NCBI GenBank assembly: GCA_964563795.1
Contig: CAZLYB010000005.1
Span: forward strand, 2,031 to 66,030
Source of the DNA: an uncultured Bacteriovoracaceae bacterium
Lineage (GTDB): Bacteria > Bdellovibrionota > UBA1018
DNA length: 64,000 nt
Direction of reading: 5' to 3'
The notes beneath the pieces are model-generated. The model saw only the letters and a program-made list of their open reading frames with translations, made no database searches and had not been told where the DNA came from. A program made the position numbers and the translations under genes. Of this stretch, positions 8,719-18,709 are shown in pieces; the stretch's first letter is position 1; every line of letters begins with the position of its first letter.

Positions 8719-10380
8719 CTAACCCCCCTCCACCTGCTTCCACGCTTCCAGGAAGCGCTTCACTTGGGCATCGGGATCCGCGGGGAGCTTCGCCCCTTGC
8801 GCTTGAAGGCCGCTCCAGATCTTGGGCAAAAAACCCATGTGCCGCAGGCCGGGCAGGTGGGGGATCCCGCCGTTGAAATCACTGCCGATCATGATGGATT
8901 CAACCGAAAGAGTCTGGGCGAGCTGCCGGTACTGCTCAGCGAATTTTTGGATGCTCGTTCGTCCTTCAGCGACGCTGACTCCGAGCATTTCGGAGCTCGG
9001 CATGACGCCAATGATTCCGTGCGTGCGCCGAACCTGTTCGAGTTGCTTCAACGAGAGGCCTCTCTCCGCTCCGTAAAAAGAGCGAAGGGCGGTGTGCGAG
9101 TAAAGCAGCGGTTGTCCGGCCTGTTCGAGCAGAGGGAGAAGCTCCCATTGCGCGGCGTCCGAAGCATGAGCCAAATCAATCCAGACTTTGCGGTCTAGGA
9201 GTTTTTTCGCGAGTTCACGCCCAGCCGGTGTGAGCCCGCGGGGATTCGTGCGGATTCCCTCTTCGATTCGCGGAGAAAAGAACTGTTTGATCCAAGCCCC
9301 CGGCGAGCTCCAAACGCGAAAGCCCGCGAGAAAGGCCACGCCCCCCAGCTCATCATCCGTCAAATGAAGGAGAGTGACGATGCGGATTCCCCCCTGATCG
9401 ATGAAGCGAGCCAAGTCGCTTTCAGTCTCAAGAATTCCCGAGGCCCCTTCAAGCGCGAGGACTAAAACCTTGCGCCCCTGCTTCAGCGCTTGTTCCGCCT
9501 GAGAGGAGGATCGGGCAAGGATCCATTGGGGATCCTTTTTGACGAAGGATTCCGCCGCTTGGATCTGAGCGTGAATGGATTCTTTCAGGGATGAAACCAG
9601 CCCAGGGTGCGCGTAGAGGGAAGCCACGACGATCGAAGCCCCGGATTGATCCAGGGTCAAGGGATTGATTTGCGACTGGAAGCGGCTTTCCCAGGACTGA
9701 GATTCAATGGGTCCTTCGAAGCTCCCCTTGAAAATCCAGCCGAGCCCTCTTTCCATGAAAAGATGCGCGTGGAGATCGACGCTTTGGATCGAGGCGGCAT
9801 TGATTTCAGCGCGGGAGATGGAAGCGGCAGACCAGCTGAGTCCCAGCCCAATGAACAACCAGATCAGGGGCCGTATCGAGGCGCGACCCAATTTTTGAAG
9901 GATTTTAGATCGAAAACGAATCCAATGCTGCTCTACCCGACGCGCGATCTTGGTTTCGATTTCAGGGGTGAAGCCGAAGCTGGCCACCCAGCTTCGGGCG
10001 GTTTGAAGGGCGGGCAAAATCAAAAGACTCTCGGATTCCTCCGGGGGAGTGAGGGAGGGGCGCGTTCTCCAGTGAAGGGCGGCTTGGCTCTCAATCCAGG
10101 CCCGGTAATGGGGATAAGCCCACAGGTGAAATTCCAGAGCGGCTGGCAAATGAGCTCCTCGGACCGCGGATTGCAAGAGGGTGTAAGGTGAATCATCGAG
10201 AGCTTCCGCGGTGAGCGGGGGCTTGAAGATATTCGCATCCGGGGAAAGAGATTCGTTCGGCGGTTCCCCGCGATTTTCCAAGGCGTGGAGCAAAACCGTT
10301 TCGCCGAAGAGGTCCCGCATTTCAATGAGCACTTGAGCCTGGGTAGTGAGGACCTCGACGAGGTATTCCACGAGTCTCAT
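8719..10380 (-). CDS. Membrane-anchored M19 (renal dipeptidase)-like amidohydrolase with a long N-terminal extension
   Basis: The C-terminal roughly 320 aa carry M19-like blocks: DLHAHLF, LALEGASG, RIVTLLHLTDDELGG, WIDLAHASD, LLYSHTALRS, MIGSDFNGG. A TM segment (LIWLFIGLGLSWSAASI) precedes them. I chose the start at 10380 (MRLVEYLV) because it overlaps the upstream stop (ATGA). The track ORF extends to 10560. Confidence 0.65.
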   Translation of the reverse strand: MRLVEYLVEVLTTQAQVLIEMRDLFGETVLLHALENRGEPPNESLSPDANIFKPPLTAEALDDSPYTLLQSAVRGAHLPAALEFHLWAYPHYRAWIESQAALHWRTRPSLTPPEESESLLILPALQTARSWVASFGFTPEIETKIARRVEQHWIRFRSKILQKLGRASIRPLIWLFIGLGLSWSAASISRAEINAASIQSVDLHAHLFMERGLGWIFKGSFEGPIESQSWESRFQSQINPLTLDQSGASIVVASLYAHPGLVSSLKESIHAQIQAAESFVKKDPQWILARSSSQAEQALKQGRKVLVLALEGASGILETESDLARFIDQGGIRIVTLLHLTDDELGGVAFLAGFRVWSSPGAWIKQFFSPRIEEGIRTNPRGLTPAGRELAKKLLDRKVWIDLAHASDAAQWELLPLLEQAGQPLLYSHTALRSFYGAERGLSLKQLEQVRRTHGIIGVMPSSEMLGVSVAEGRTSIQKFAEQYRQLAQTLSVESIMIGSDFNGGIPHLPGLRHMGFLPKIWSGLQAQGAKLPADPDAQVKRFLEAWKQVEGG

Positions 10381-10997
10381 TCGTAAATTCTCGAGAGCTT
10401 CATTTTTTTCCGGGCTCCCAGCATGCGGCCCAGGGATTTGATCTCGGGTCGAGCGGCGACGTACCATCGGCCGACCCATTGATTTTTTTGAGTCCCCGCG
10501 AATTCCATGAAGAGAACGATCGCTTTGGGCCAGAGTTTTTTGCGAAGGGATTGATCCCACTTTTCCACGGATCGGATCGCGACGCTCGCTTCAATCGACC
10601 AGATTCTCCAGCTCGCGCGCAGAGCTTCGGCGGCGATCGCGGATTCCCATCGACGGTCGAATCGATCCCACTTCTCGCGGCTAATCCACTTGAAAAGCGG
10701 TCGGGGGAGCTCCGTTTTTGAGGCGGGGCTGACCGCCAGGGATTCCTTTTCCAAAAGCTCAAGAAGGGAAGGGGGGAACTTCTTGAGGTTTCGGCACGCA
10801 ATGACTTGAAGCTCCAGTTGCTCCAGCAATCGCGCGTCATCCTGGCAGCCCGTGGCGAGGGAGCTCGATTTTTTAAAATGGATGTGAATGGCCAGCTCTC
10901 GGAGCAGGCTGAGTTGGAGGAGGCGCGACTGCGCGGAGTCGTGGGCGATCTTCCAGCGTTTCTGCAAGGATTTGAAAACGGGGCTCACGGGATCCAA
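10377..10997 (-). CDS. Hypothetical protein
   Basis: 206-aa ORF in an operon-like chain, overlapping both the upstream and the downstream genes. I recognise no motifs. Confidence 0.5.
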   Translation of the reverse strand: MDPVSPVFKSLQKRWKIAHDSAQSRLLQLSLLRELAIHIHFKKSSSLATGCQDDARLLEQLELQVIACRNLKKFPPSLLELLEKESLAVSPASKTELPRPLFKWISREKWDRFDRRWESAIAAEALRASWRIWSIEASVAIRSVEKWDQSLRKKLWPKAIVLFMEFAGTQKNQWVGRWYVAARPEIKSLGRMLGARKKMKLSRIYE

Positions 10998-11416
10998 GTC
11001 ACTTCATCCCAAGATTGCAGTTTCGCGGGAAGGGGACGCTCAGGTGAGCTCCCCAAAAAATCGGCATAGGAGATTCCGATGATTGGGAGGGAAAGGGTTT
11101 TGAGGTTCTTTCTCAACGCTTCCAAGGATGCCGCAGGCGGAAGGTGTCGTTTGCCAAGAGCGTCCGAAAAGCCAATTCCCAGCGCGATGAAATGAAGCGT
11201 CCTTCCTCTCCAGTCCATCGGGCAATACATGCATTCGCCCTCCTTGCCGGTGAGCTGCCCTTGACTCATGAGCCTGGAGAAAAAACCCCGCAATCTCCAA
11301 TCTAAAACGCCGAGCAAGCCGCCGTGAGGCCGTTCATTTTGGGTGCAGCTGAGCACGAGGCCCTCGATTTTTCCTGAAAAAAGAGATTCTTCGGCGTGGG
11401 TGTCCAGGGTTTTCAT
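10985..11416 (-). CDS. Hypothetical protein, possibly M17 aminopeptidase N-terminal-like (macro-like) domain
   Basis: 143 aa. The pattern LVLSCTQNE...GLLGVLDWRLRGFFSRLM..GQLTGKEGE....LHFIALGIG resembles the stand-alone N-terminal domain of leucyl aminopeptidases. This is a weak assignment. Confidence 0.35.
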   Translation of the reverse strand: MKTLDTHAEESLFSGKIEGLVLSCTQNERPHGGLLGVLDWRLRGFFSRLMSQGQLTGKEGECMYCPMDWRGRTLHFIALGIGFSDALGKRHLPPAASLEALRKNLKTLSLPIIGISYADFLGSSPERPLPAKLQSWDEVTWIP

Positions 11417-11423
11417 GGGTGGA

Positions 11424-11846
11424 TCAGGGACGATTCAAGGATTTGCGGATGGAATCCAGGATGCCGTTGACAAAGCCCGGGGTTTCCGGGGTCCCGAATT
11501 GCTTGCCGAGTTCAATGGCTTCATCGATGATGATGGAGCTCGAAGTTTCCGGAAAACGAAGCATCTCATTCACGGCCATCCTCAATAAGCAGCGGTCCAG
11601 GGAAGCCATTCGACTGACTTTCCAGTGCGTCGCGTGCCGTTCCAAAAGTTCATCAATCGATTCACGATCCAAGAGGGATCCGCTGACGAGCTCCGAGGCG
11701 AATTCCCGAAGATCTTCCGGGACTTTAAAGTGATCAAAATGCTGGTTCAAGCGGGGAATGAGCTCCGAAGGAGCTTTCTGTTCGCCGGTATCCAGGGAAT
11801 AGAGAATCTGAAGCGCGGACTCGCGCGCTCGATGCCGTGAACTCAA
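11424..11846 (-). CDS. nusB: Transcription antitermination factor NusB
   Basis: 140 aa. RHRARESALQILYSLD near the N-terminus and IIIDEAIELGKQFG...GFVNGILD are typical NusB blocks. Confidence 0.9.
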   Translation of the reverse strand: MSSRHRARESALQILYSLDTGEQKAPSELIPRLNQHFDHFKVPEDLREFASELVSGSLLDRESIDELLERHATHWKVSRMASLDRCLLRMAVNEMLRFPETSSSIIIDEAIELGKQFGTPETPGFVNGILDSIRKSLNRP

Positions 11847-12310
11847 GGGGCCTCCGTTTCAGATCCGAGAGACCCGCGCAATTCAGCCACGAATTCCTGA
11901 ACGTCCCGGAATTCCCGATAAACCGACGCAAAGCGCACATAGGCAATTTTATCCAGGCGTTGAAGCTCCTGCATGACTAAGTTTCCAATCGTCCCCGAAG
12001 GGACCTCTTTGAAGCCCAGGGCGAGCACTCGCTTTTCGACGCTGGAGACCAGCTCATCAATTCGTGAAAGGGAGATGGAGCGTTTCTGACAGGCTCTTTG
12101 CACGCCGGAGCTGATCTTCTCCCGGAGATAGGGTTCCCGTCTTCCGTCTTTTTTGATGACTGCGGGAAAAATTTCTTCCACTCGTTCATAAGTCGTAAAG
12201 CGTCCTTGGCATTCGAGGCACTCCCTGCGTCGACGAATGCTGTCATTCGTCTGATTGATCCGTGATTCGACCACTTTTGTTTCAGGCGTGCTGCAAAAAG
12301 GGCATTTCAC
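11843..12310 (-). CDS. nrdR: Transcriptional repressor NrdR
   Basis: 155 aa. MKCPFCSTPETKVVESR plus RRRECLECQGRFTTYE form the zinc ribbon, followed by an ATP-cone. Confidence 0.95.
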   Translation of the reverse strand: MKCPFCSTPETKVVESRINQTNDSIRRRRECLECQGRFTTYERVEEIFPAVIKKDGRREPYLREKISSGVQRACQKRSISLSRIDELVSSVEKRVLALGFKEVPSGTIGNLVMQELQRLDKIAYVRFASVYREFRDVQEFVAELRGSLGSETEAP

Positions 12311-12374
12311 GGGAGGACCTCCTGCACTCCATCTCTATCGGATTCTGGGCGGAGGTTCAATGAAAGCCTTGAAT

Positions 12375-13628
12375 TCAAAAGGCGTAGAGGGGGTGGCTTC
12401 GGCAAAGAGAACGGACTTCTCCTTGGACCTTCTTCAGCGTCACTTCATCCCCCTTGCTTGAAAGCACTTGGCGGATCCATTGGGCGAGCAGCTTCATTTC
12501 AGCTGATCCCAAGCCCCGCGAGGTGACCGCGGGGGTTCCAATCCGGATCCCGCTGGTGATTCGCGGAGATCGTCGGTCATCCGGCACGGCATTCTTGTTG
12601 ACGGTGATTCCTGCGAGATCCAGCCACCGCTCCGCGTCCTGGCCTGTGACGCTTCCGTCAAGAAAGGGGCTCAAATCGAGGAGCATTAGATGATTGTCCG
12701 TGCCTCCGGTGACGAGCTTGAATCCAGCGTTCATGAGCTCGTCGGCCAAAAGCGCGGCGTTGGAGACGACCCTTTTTTGGTATTCAATGAAGGATGGGGC
12801 CAGCGCTTCCTGAAAGGCGACGGCCTTGGCCGCGATCACGTGCATCAGAGGCCCACCCTGAATTCCCGGAAAAATCTGGGAGTTCACGGCTTTAATGGCT
12901 TCCTGAGACGAAAGAATCAAGCCTCCTCGCGGGCCACGAAGCGTTTTATGCGTCGTTGAAGTCGAATAGGTCGCATGGGGGACGGGCGAGGGGTGAAGGC
13001 CTGCCGCAACTAACCCCGCGATATGGGCCATGTCAACGACCAGCTTGGCGCCGGATCGCGCTGCGATCTCCGAAAACGCTTGAAAATCGATGAGCCGGGG
13101 ATAGGCGCTCGCCCCCGCGACGATGACTTTCGGGCGTTCGCGTTTGGCGATTTCCTCAATCTGATCATAATCGAGCCGATGCGTCTGGGAGTGAAGGCCG
13201 TAGCTCACCACGCGAAAGAGCTTGCCGCTGAAGTTCACCGGGCTCCCGTGAGTCAGGTGTCCGCCATGGGCGAGATCCATGCCGAGCAGCGTGTCTCCCG
13301 GTTTCATCAATGCCAGATAGACGGCCATATTGGCTTGCGAGCCGGAGTGAGGCTGAACGTTCGCGGCCTCCGCCCGAAACAAGCGCTGGGCCCTTTCAAT
13401 GGCGAGGGATTCCACTTGATCCACGAACTCGCATCCACCGTAATAACGCTTATGGGGATATCCTTCGGCGTATTTATTCGTGAGCACCGAGCCCTGAGCT
13501 TCGAGAACCGCGCGGCTCACGACGTTTTCCGAGGCGATGAGTTCAAGACCCTCTTCTTGGCGTTTGAGCTCGCGCCCAATCGCAGCGGAGATTTCAGGGT
13601 CAACGGCGTTTAAAGGGCGATTTTCCAT
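12375..13628 (-). CDS. glyA: Serine hydroxymethyltransferase
   Basis: 417 aa with [20 protein letters not shown] and the PLP-lysine block [14 protein letters not shown]. Confidence 0.97.
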   Translation of the reverse strand: MENRPLNAVDPEISAAIGRELKRQEEGLELIASENVVSRAVLEAQGSVLTNKYAEGYPHKRYYGGCEFVDQVESLAIERAQRLFRAEAANVQPHSGSQANMAVYLALMKPGDTLLGMDLAHGGHLTHGSPVNFSGKLFRVVSYGLHSQTHRLDYDQIEEIAKRERPKVIVAGASAYPRLIDFQAFSEIAARSGAKLVVDMAHIAGLVAAGLHPSPVPHATYSTSTTHKTLRGPRGGLILSSQEAIKAVNSQIFPGIQGGPLMHVIAAKAVAFQEALAPSFIEYQKRVVSNAALLADELMNAGFKLVTGGTDNHLMLLDLSPFLDGSVTGQDAERWLDLAGITVNKNAVPDDRRSPRITSGIRIGTPAVTSRGLGSAEMKLLAQWIRQVLSSKGDEVTLKKVQGEVRSLCRSHPLYAF

Positions 13629-13630
13629 GA

Positions 13631-14092
13631 TCAGGGGGATTCACTTTCTAGTTGGGAGAGCTGCGTGATGCGTTGGAGGTGACGAGCTTCGGAGAGGGGT
13701 TTCGCGAGCAGCCAGCTCTGGACAATTTCCGCGGCGTATGGAGCGGCCAAGAAGCGCCCTCCTAGGCACAGGACGTTGGCGTGGTTGTGCTCGCGGGCGA
13801 AGCGCGCTGAAACTGGGTTTTCAACCAAGGCGGCTCGAATGCCCTTGCATTTATTGGCTGCGATGCTCATTCCAATGCCGCTGCCGCAGATTAAAATCCC
13901 GAGAGGGGCCTGTCCTTTTTGAATCGCTTGGCAGAGTCGCAGGGCGAATTGAGGGTAGTCGACGGAGGCCGTCTCTCGATCCGTCCCGAGATCCATCCAT
14001 TTCAAGGTCTTGAGGTGCATCTGAAGCGCCTGCTTCAAGCCAAAGCCCGCATGGTCCGATGCGATGAGAAGCGGGGCAGAGAGGTCCGTCAC
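13631..14092 (-). CDS. rpiB: Ribose-5-phosphate isomerase B
   Basis: 153 aa with SDHAGFGLK and [16 protein letters not shown], which are RpiB/LacAB blocks. Confidence 0.9.
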   Translation of the reverse strand: MTDLSAPLLIASDHAGFGLKQALQMHLKTLKWMDLGTDRETASVDYPQFALRLCQAIQKGQAPLGILICGSGIGMSIAANKCKGIRAALVENPVSARFAREHNHANVLCLGGRFLAAPYAAEIVQSWLLAKPLSEARHLQRITQLSQLESESP

Positions 14093-15402
14093 GAAATATC
14101 CCTTCCGAAGATCAGGCTCGCGTTGGTGCCGCCAAAGCCGAAGCTATTGGAAAGGCTGTAAGGGGTGGGCCAGGTTTTCGCTTGTTGAGGAGTGAAATCA
14201 AAGCCCAGTTTTTTGCACTCCGGGTCCAAGTTTTCGAGGTTGATGGTGGGAGGAATTTTCCCGTCCCTCATGGCGAGAATGCAGAAAAGCGCCTCCAGCG
14301 ATCCAGCAGCCCCGAGCAGGTGCCCCGTCATGGATTTGGTGGAGCTAATTTTCAGATGCTTCGTTCCTGAGGGAAAAACTGATGCGATGGCCTTGATTTC
14401 TTCGACATCACCCGCGGGAGTGGAAGTGCCGTGGGCGTTCACATAGGCGATTTTCTCGGGAGCGAGATTTGCGTCAGCCAAAGCCAAGCTCATCGCGCGC
14501 CGGCCTCCCTCCCCGTCAATCGAAGGGGAGGTGAGGTGATGCGCGTCCCCAGTGGCGCCGTATCCCAGAACCTCAGCGTAAATTTTAGCCCCTCGCCTGC
14601 GCGCATGCTCCAGCTCCTCGAGAACGAGAATCGCAGAACCCTCTCCCATGACGAAACCGTCGCGATCCCGGTCAAAGGGTCGAGACGCCTTCAGCGGAGC
14701 TTCATTACGTGTGGAAAGCGCGCGCATCGCCGCGAAACCCGCGATCCCCATCTCACAGATAACGGCCTCGCTGCCGCCTGCGAACATCACATCGGCTTCC
14801 CCGCGTTGAATGAGGCGAAAGGACTCCCCAATGCTATGCGCGCTAGAGGCGCAAGCCGTGACGCTGCAAAAGTGAGGGCCCCTGAGGTTCAAGAGCACGC
14901 TCAACTGACCAGACGCCATATTGGGAATCGATTGCGTAATGAAGAACGGAGTGACGCGCCGGTATCCCTTGGCCAGGAAATCGTCGTGCACTGCTTGAAT
15001 CTCGGGGAGCCCCCCCATTCCTACGCCGATGTTGATTCCCATGCGATCAGAATTGAGTTGCTCACGTTGAGCGTCGAGCCCCGAGTCCTCATAGGCCTCA
15101 AGTCCCGCAGCCAGCGCGAAATGGACGTAGCGCCCAACGCGCCGGGCATCCTTGGCGTTGGCCGCTTGGGTCACCGCGGCTTCCGCGCGCCCCCGAGGAT
15201 AAAAGGGGCCCGATGCTCGAGTGACGTCAAAACCGCGCACTTCCGCCGCGAAAGTGACGGGGCTTTCCTGAGGATCAAAAAGAGTGATCGGCCCTGGTCC
15301 TGGCTTGCCTTCGAGGGCATGGCCCCAAGACTCGCGGGCCGTGAGACCGAGGGGGCTGACGGCCCCGATGCCGGTGACAACGACTCGCTTTTTCATTGGC
15401 AA
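14089..15402 (-). CDS. fabF: 3-oxoacyl-ACP synthase II
   Basis: 437 aa with RVVVTGIGAVSPLG, the active-site Cys context (TACASSAHSIG), NAHGTSTP and SNSFGFGGTNASL. Confidence 0.95.
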   Translation of the reverse strand: MPMKKRVVVTGIGAVSPLGLTARESWGHALEGKPGPGPITLFDPQESPVTFAAEVRGFDVTRASGPFYPRGRAEAAVTQAANAKDARRVGRYVHFALAAGLEAYEDSGLDAQREQLNSDRMGINIGVGMGGLPEIQAVHDDFLAKGYRRVTPFFITQSIPNMASGQLSVLLNLRGPHFCSVTACASSAHSIGESFRLIQRGEADVMFAGGSEAVICEMGIAGFAAMRALSTRNEAPLKASRPFDRDRDGFVMGEGSAILVLEELEHARRRGAKIYAEVLGYGATGDAHHLTSPSIDGEGGRRAMSLALADANLAPEKIAYVNAHGTSTPAGDVEEIKAIASVFPSGTKHLKISSTKSMTGHLLGAAGSLEALFCILAMRDGKIPPTINLENLDPECKKLGFDFTPQQAKTWPTPYSLSNSFGFGGTNASLIFGRDIS

Positions 15403-15405
15403 AGC

Positions 15406-15648
15406 TTAGTGGGTGGATTTGGAAGCGATGTACTTGACGACGTCTCCGACGGTCTTCATCTTTTCAGCGTCTTCGTCCGGGATATCGAGGTCGAATTCCT
15501 CTTCCATCGTCATGACGAGTTCGACGATATCCAAGCTGTCGGCTCCGAGGTCATCGATGAATGAAGCATTTTGAAGCACCTTTTCAGGCTCAACCGCCAG
15601 CTGATCGCAGATGATGTTACGAACTCTTTCTTCTACCGTTGCAGACAT
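15406..15648 (-). CDS. acpP: Acyl carrier protein
   Basis: 80 aa with the phosphopantetheine site [14 protein letters not shown]. Confidence 0.95.
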   Translation of the reverse strand: MSATVEERVRNIICDQLAVEPEKVLQNASFIDDLGADSLDIVELVMTMEEEFDLDIPDEDAEKMKTVGDVVKYIASKSTH

Positions 15649-15686
15649 TTTCGCATTCTCCTCAATGCTTCAATTGGATCCAATTC

Positions 15687-16439
15687 CTATATGTACATTC
15701 CACCATTGATCCCGATGACTTGACCTGTGATGAAACGACTCGCAGGTGAAGCCAGGAATGAGACGAGCGATGCGACGTCTTCCGGGGATCCAAAAAACCC
15801 GAGTGGAATGTTTCGCAGAATCGCCTCTTTTTGCGCTTCAGTCAAGGCCAGAGTCATATCCGTCGAGATGAATCCGGGCGTGATGACGTTGACTCGGATG
15901 TTGCGGCTCGCGAGCTCCTTGGCGATGCTTTTGCTGAAACCGATGAGCCCGGATTTTGCGGCGGCATAAGCGGACTGGCCCGCATTGCCGCACTCGCCGA
16001 TGACCGAAGCGATTTGAAGGATGCAGCCCTTTCTCTGTTTCATCATTTGAGCGGAGGCCGCGCGGGAGCAGTAGATTGCCCCTTTGAGGTCGACCTCAAG
16101 CATGCGGTCCAAATCCTCGTCCTTGAGGCGCACGAGGAGAGCGTCAATGGAGATCCCCGCATTATTGATCAATGCCGAAACGGGTCGATGAAAAGTCGAG
16201 AGAATCCAGTCGAACTTCTCGCGCACGCTCGCGGAGTCGGAGACGTCAAAGCCGCAGGGCACGGCGTGCCCCCCTTCGCGTTCAATGGACGCGGCGAGCT
16301 CGCGCGCCGTTTCTTCCCGCGAAGCGTAGTTGATCACGACGAAGTAGCCGTCCCGCGCGAGCTGGCGGCAAATCGCGGCTCCGATCCCCCGGGAGCCGCC
16401 AGTCACAAGAGCGATCGGTTTTGAAGCATCATTTGTCAT
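15687..16439 (-). CDS. fabG: 3-oxoacyl-ACP reductase
   Basis: 250 aa SDR with VTGGSRGIGAAI, NNAG and YAAAK motifs, in fab-cluster context. Confidence 0.93.
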   Translation of the reverse strand: MTNDASKPIALVTGGSRGIGAAICRQLARDGYFVVINYASREETARELAASIEREGGHAVPCGFDVSDSASVREKFDWILSTFHRPVSALINNAGISIDALLVRLKDEDLDRMLEVDLKGAIYCSRAASAQMMKQRKGCILQIASVIGECGNAGQSAYAAAKSGLIGFSKSIAKELASRNIRVNVITPGFISTDMTLALTEAQKEAILRNIPLGFFGSPEDVASLVSFLASPASRFITGQVIGINGGMYI

Positions 16440-17467
16440 GCGCGGGCTCCTTGGATGAAAGACTCCATTGCGGAGAGGTTCGCGGCGCAGTTCATTTGAG
16501 CTGATTCCGCGGAAACTTTCAGGGGGGCGGCGATTCGCTTGAGAAGCCCGCTTAAAACCTTGCCCGGTCCGAACTCGATGAAGCGAGTGAATTCGGATTG
16601 CAAAAGCGCTTCAACGGAATGCTTCCAGAGCACCGGATGATCGATCTGCCGGATCAAGAGCTCCAGGATCGTTGAATGCTCCGAACTCATGCGGCCCGTC
16701 ACATTTGGTACATAAGGACAGTTTAAAGATCGGGGCAGAGAGGTCTGGGGGAGCTGCGAAAAAAGTTCGGCCATCGTCTCGCGCGCCGGCTTCATCAGCG
16801 AGCAATGGAACGGGGCGCTCACGGGAAGCGGAATCGCCTTCACTCGATTCCACTCCGGGCGCGTAGACAGGAGCTGAGCGGCGATCTCAATGGCGTCCTT
16901 CGAGCCCGCGATCACGGTCTGCTCCGGCGAATTGAAATTGGCGGGTTCCACCAGCGCCTCGACTTCAAAGGAATTTTCTTCGGAGGAGGATGACCCTCGG
17001 GCTTCAGAGGCTTTCCGGGTGGCGAGCTCGCAGAGCGCTTTCGTATCCTGCTCCGTCATGCCCAAAAGCGCCGTCATGGCGCCTTGGTTGAGCGGAACGG
17101 CCTTCTGCATCGCTAGACCTCGCGCGCGCACCCATTGAACGGCGGGCGCGAAGGGGAGGGCTCCCGCCGCTACTAAGGCGGAGTATTCCCCCAGCGAATG
17201 CCCGGCGGTCGCAGATGGACGGTACTCCAACTCTTTTTCAGCCACACGAAAAGCGGCGACGGCGGCGGTCAGCAAGCAAGGCTGAGTGTTCTCGGTGCGA
17301 GTGAGGTCGCTTTCCGGCCCATCGAAGCAAAGGCGTTTCAAATCAACGCTCAGCGCATCCGAAGCCTCCTCGAAGGTTTCGCGGGCGACGGGGAATTGCT
17401 GATAAAGATCCTTTCCCATCCCGACGTGCTGTGAGCCTTGTCCCGGAAAAAGCGCGACCGTTTTCAT
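16436..17467 (-). CDS. fabD: Malonyl-CoA:ACP transacylase
   Basis: 343 aa with FPGQGSQ and the GHSLGEYSAL active-site serine block. Confidence 0.93.
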   Translation of the reverse strand: MKTVALFPGQGSQHVGMGKDLYQQFPVARETFEEASDALSVDLKRLCFDGPESDLTRTENTQPCLLTAAVAAFRVAEKELEYRPSATAGHSLGEYSALVAAGALPFAPAVQWVRARGLAMQKAVPLNQGAMTALLGMTEQDTKALCELATRKASEARGSSSSEENSFEVEALVEPANFNSPEQTVIAGSKDAIEIAAQLLSTRPEWNRVKAIPLPVSAPFHCSLMKPARETMAELFSQLPQTSLPRSLNCPYVPNVTGRMSSEHSTILELLIRQIDHPVLWKHSVEALLQSEFTRFIEFGPGKVLSGLLKRIAAPLKVSAESAQMNCAANLSAMESFIQGARA

Positions 17468-17470
17468 GAT

Positions 17471-18481
17471 TCAACCCCACCGTAAGAGCAATGATCCCGA
17501 AGTGAGACCCGCGCCAAAAACATTGAGCAAGAGGAGCTGATTCTCGCGAATGCGACCATCCCGGACCGCCTCGTCCAAAAGAGCGGGGACGGTAGCCGCG
17601 GAAGTATTGCCGTATTGCTTAAGATTCACGAGCACTCGATCCATGGGTAGCCCCACGCGTTTTGCGGTGGCTTCCAAGATGCGCAAATTCGCCTGATGGG
17701 GGAGCATCCAGTCCAAATCCTCAAGCTTCAATCCATTGGCCTGCAAGGCTTCAAAGGTCAACTCGGAAAGTGTTTTCACCGCGGATTTAAAAATTTCCTT
17801 CCCCTTCATCCGCATTTTATCCAGCCCCTGCGCTCGGTGCTCTTCGGTCGTCTCTTGATTGGACCCTCCGGTCTCGATGAAGAGATAGTCCCATTCGCTC
17901 CCATCGGAGCGCAGGTGGTGGGAAAGAATCCGGCGCGAAGAGCCTGCCTCGGTCCGCTCAACGACCACGGCGCCCGCCCCATCGCCGAAAAGGATGCAGG
18001 AGGAACGGTCTTTCCAGTTGGTCATCGTGCTCAAGACATCGCTTCCAATGACCAGCGAGGTTTTGACTTGCCCGGTCTGGATGAATTGATCAGCGACGGC
18101 CAGAGCGAAAACAAAGCCCGAGCAGACCGCGTTGAGGTCCAAGGCCCAGGCTTTGCGCGCCTTCAATTTTTCTTGGAGGAGGCACGCCGAGGAAGGCATG
18201 GGCAAATCGGGCGAGCACGTCGCGAACAGGATTTGGTCGATTTCTTCGGGGTGTTTTCCCGCCATTTCCAAGGCCTGAAGGGCGGCACGGTACGCTAGCG
18301 AGGAGTTTCGCTCGTTCGGATCCTTGGGATCCATGATTCGGCGCTCAGAAATCCCCGTGCGCTCGCGGATCCATTCATCCGTAGTATCGATCGTGCGACT
18401 GAGCTCTTCGTTATGAAGACTTCTTTTGGGAAAAGCGGAACCCGTCCCGGTGATGCGGGACGCGTATCGGCTGAGCTGCAT
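17471..18481 (-). CDS. fabH: 3-oxoacyl-ACP synthase III
   Basis: 336 aa with the active-site Cys context NAVCSGFVFAL, then HQAN and GNTSAA blocks. Confidence 0.93.
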   Translation of the reverse strand: MQLSRYASRITGTGSAFPKRSLHNEELSRTIDTTDEWIRERTGISERRIMDPKDPNERNSSLAYRAALQALEMAGKHPEEIDQILFATCSPDLPMPSSACLLQEKLKARKAWALDLNAVCSGFVFALAVADQFIQTGQVKTSLVIGSDVLSTMTNWKDRSSCILFGDGAGAVVVERTEAGSSRRILSHHLRSDGSEWDYLFIETGGSNQETTEEHRAQGLDKMRMKGKEIFKSAVKTLSELTFEALQANGLKLEDLDWMLPHQANLRILEATAKRVGLPMDRVLVNLKQYGNTSAATVPALLDEAVRDGRIRENQLLLLNVFGAGLTSGSLLLRWG

Positions 18482-18490
18482 CGCGGTCGA

Positions 18491-18688
18491 TTAAGCCGTC
18501 GGATTCGCGGCAGGAAGGTTCAAAACCTGCTTTTTGCCGTAAAAGCCGCAAGCGCAGACGCGATGAGGGCGCGTCGGCTCGTTGCAGTTGGGGCAAGAAA
18601 CCAGGGTGGTTTTTTCCATGCGATTGCCCGAGGCAAAGCGCCTCATATTGCGTCGGCTTCGAGAAACTTTCTTTTTAGGTGCTGCCAT
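18491..18688 (-). CDS. rpmF: 50S ribosomal protein L32
   Basis: 65 aa with MAAPKKKVSRSRRNMRR and a CPNC...C.C zinc ribbon. Confidence 0.9.
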   Translation of the reverse strand: MAAPKKKVSRSRRNMRRFASGNRMEKTTLVSCPNCNEPTRPHRVCACGFYGKKQVLNLPAANPTA

Positions 18689-18709
18689 AGTGAAATCTCC
18701 ACGTCTTCT

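Noticed and set aside
14431-15564. Long antisense ORFs opposite well-supported genes. Examples are 377 aa opposite fabF, 230 aa opposite polA (5798-6490), 285 aa opposite scoA (23799-24656), 319 aa opposite the HK (45966-46925) and 200 aa opposite fabH.
   Set aside because: These are shadow ORFs, as expected in GC-rich coding DNA. Their translations are Arg/Gly/Pro/Ser-rich with no motifs, while the opposite strands encode full-length conserved proteins.
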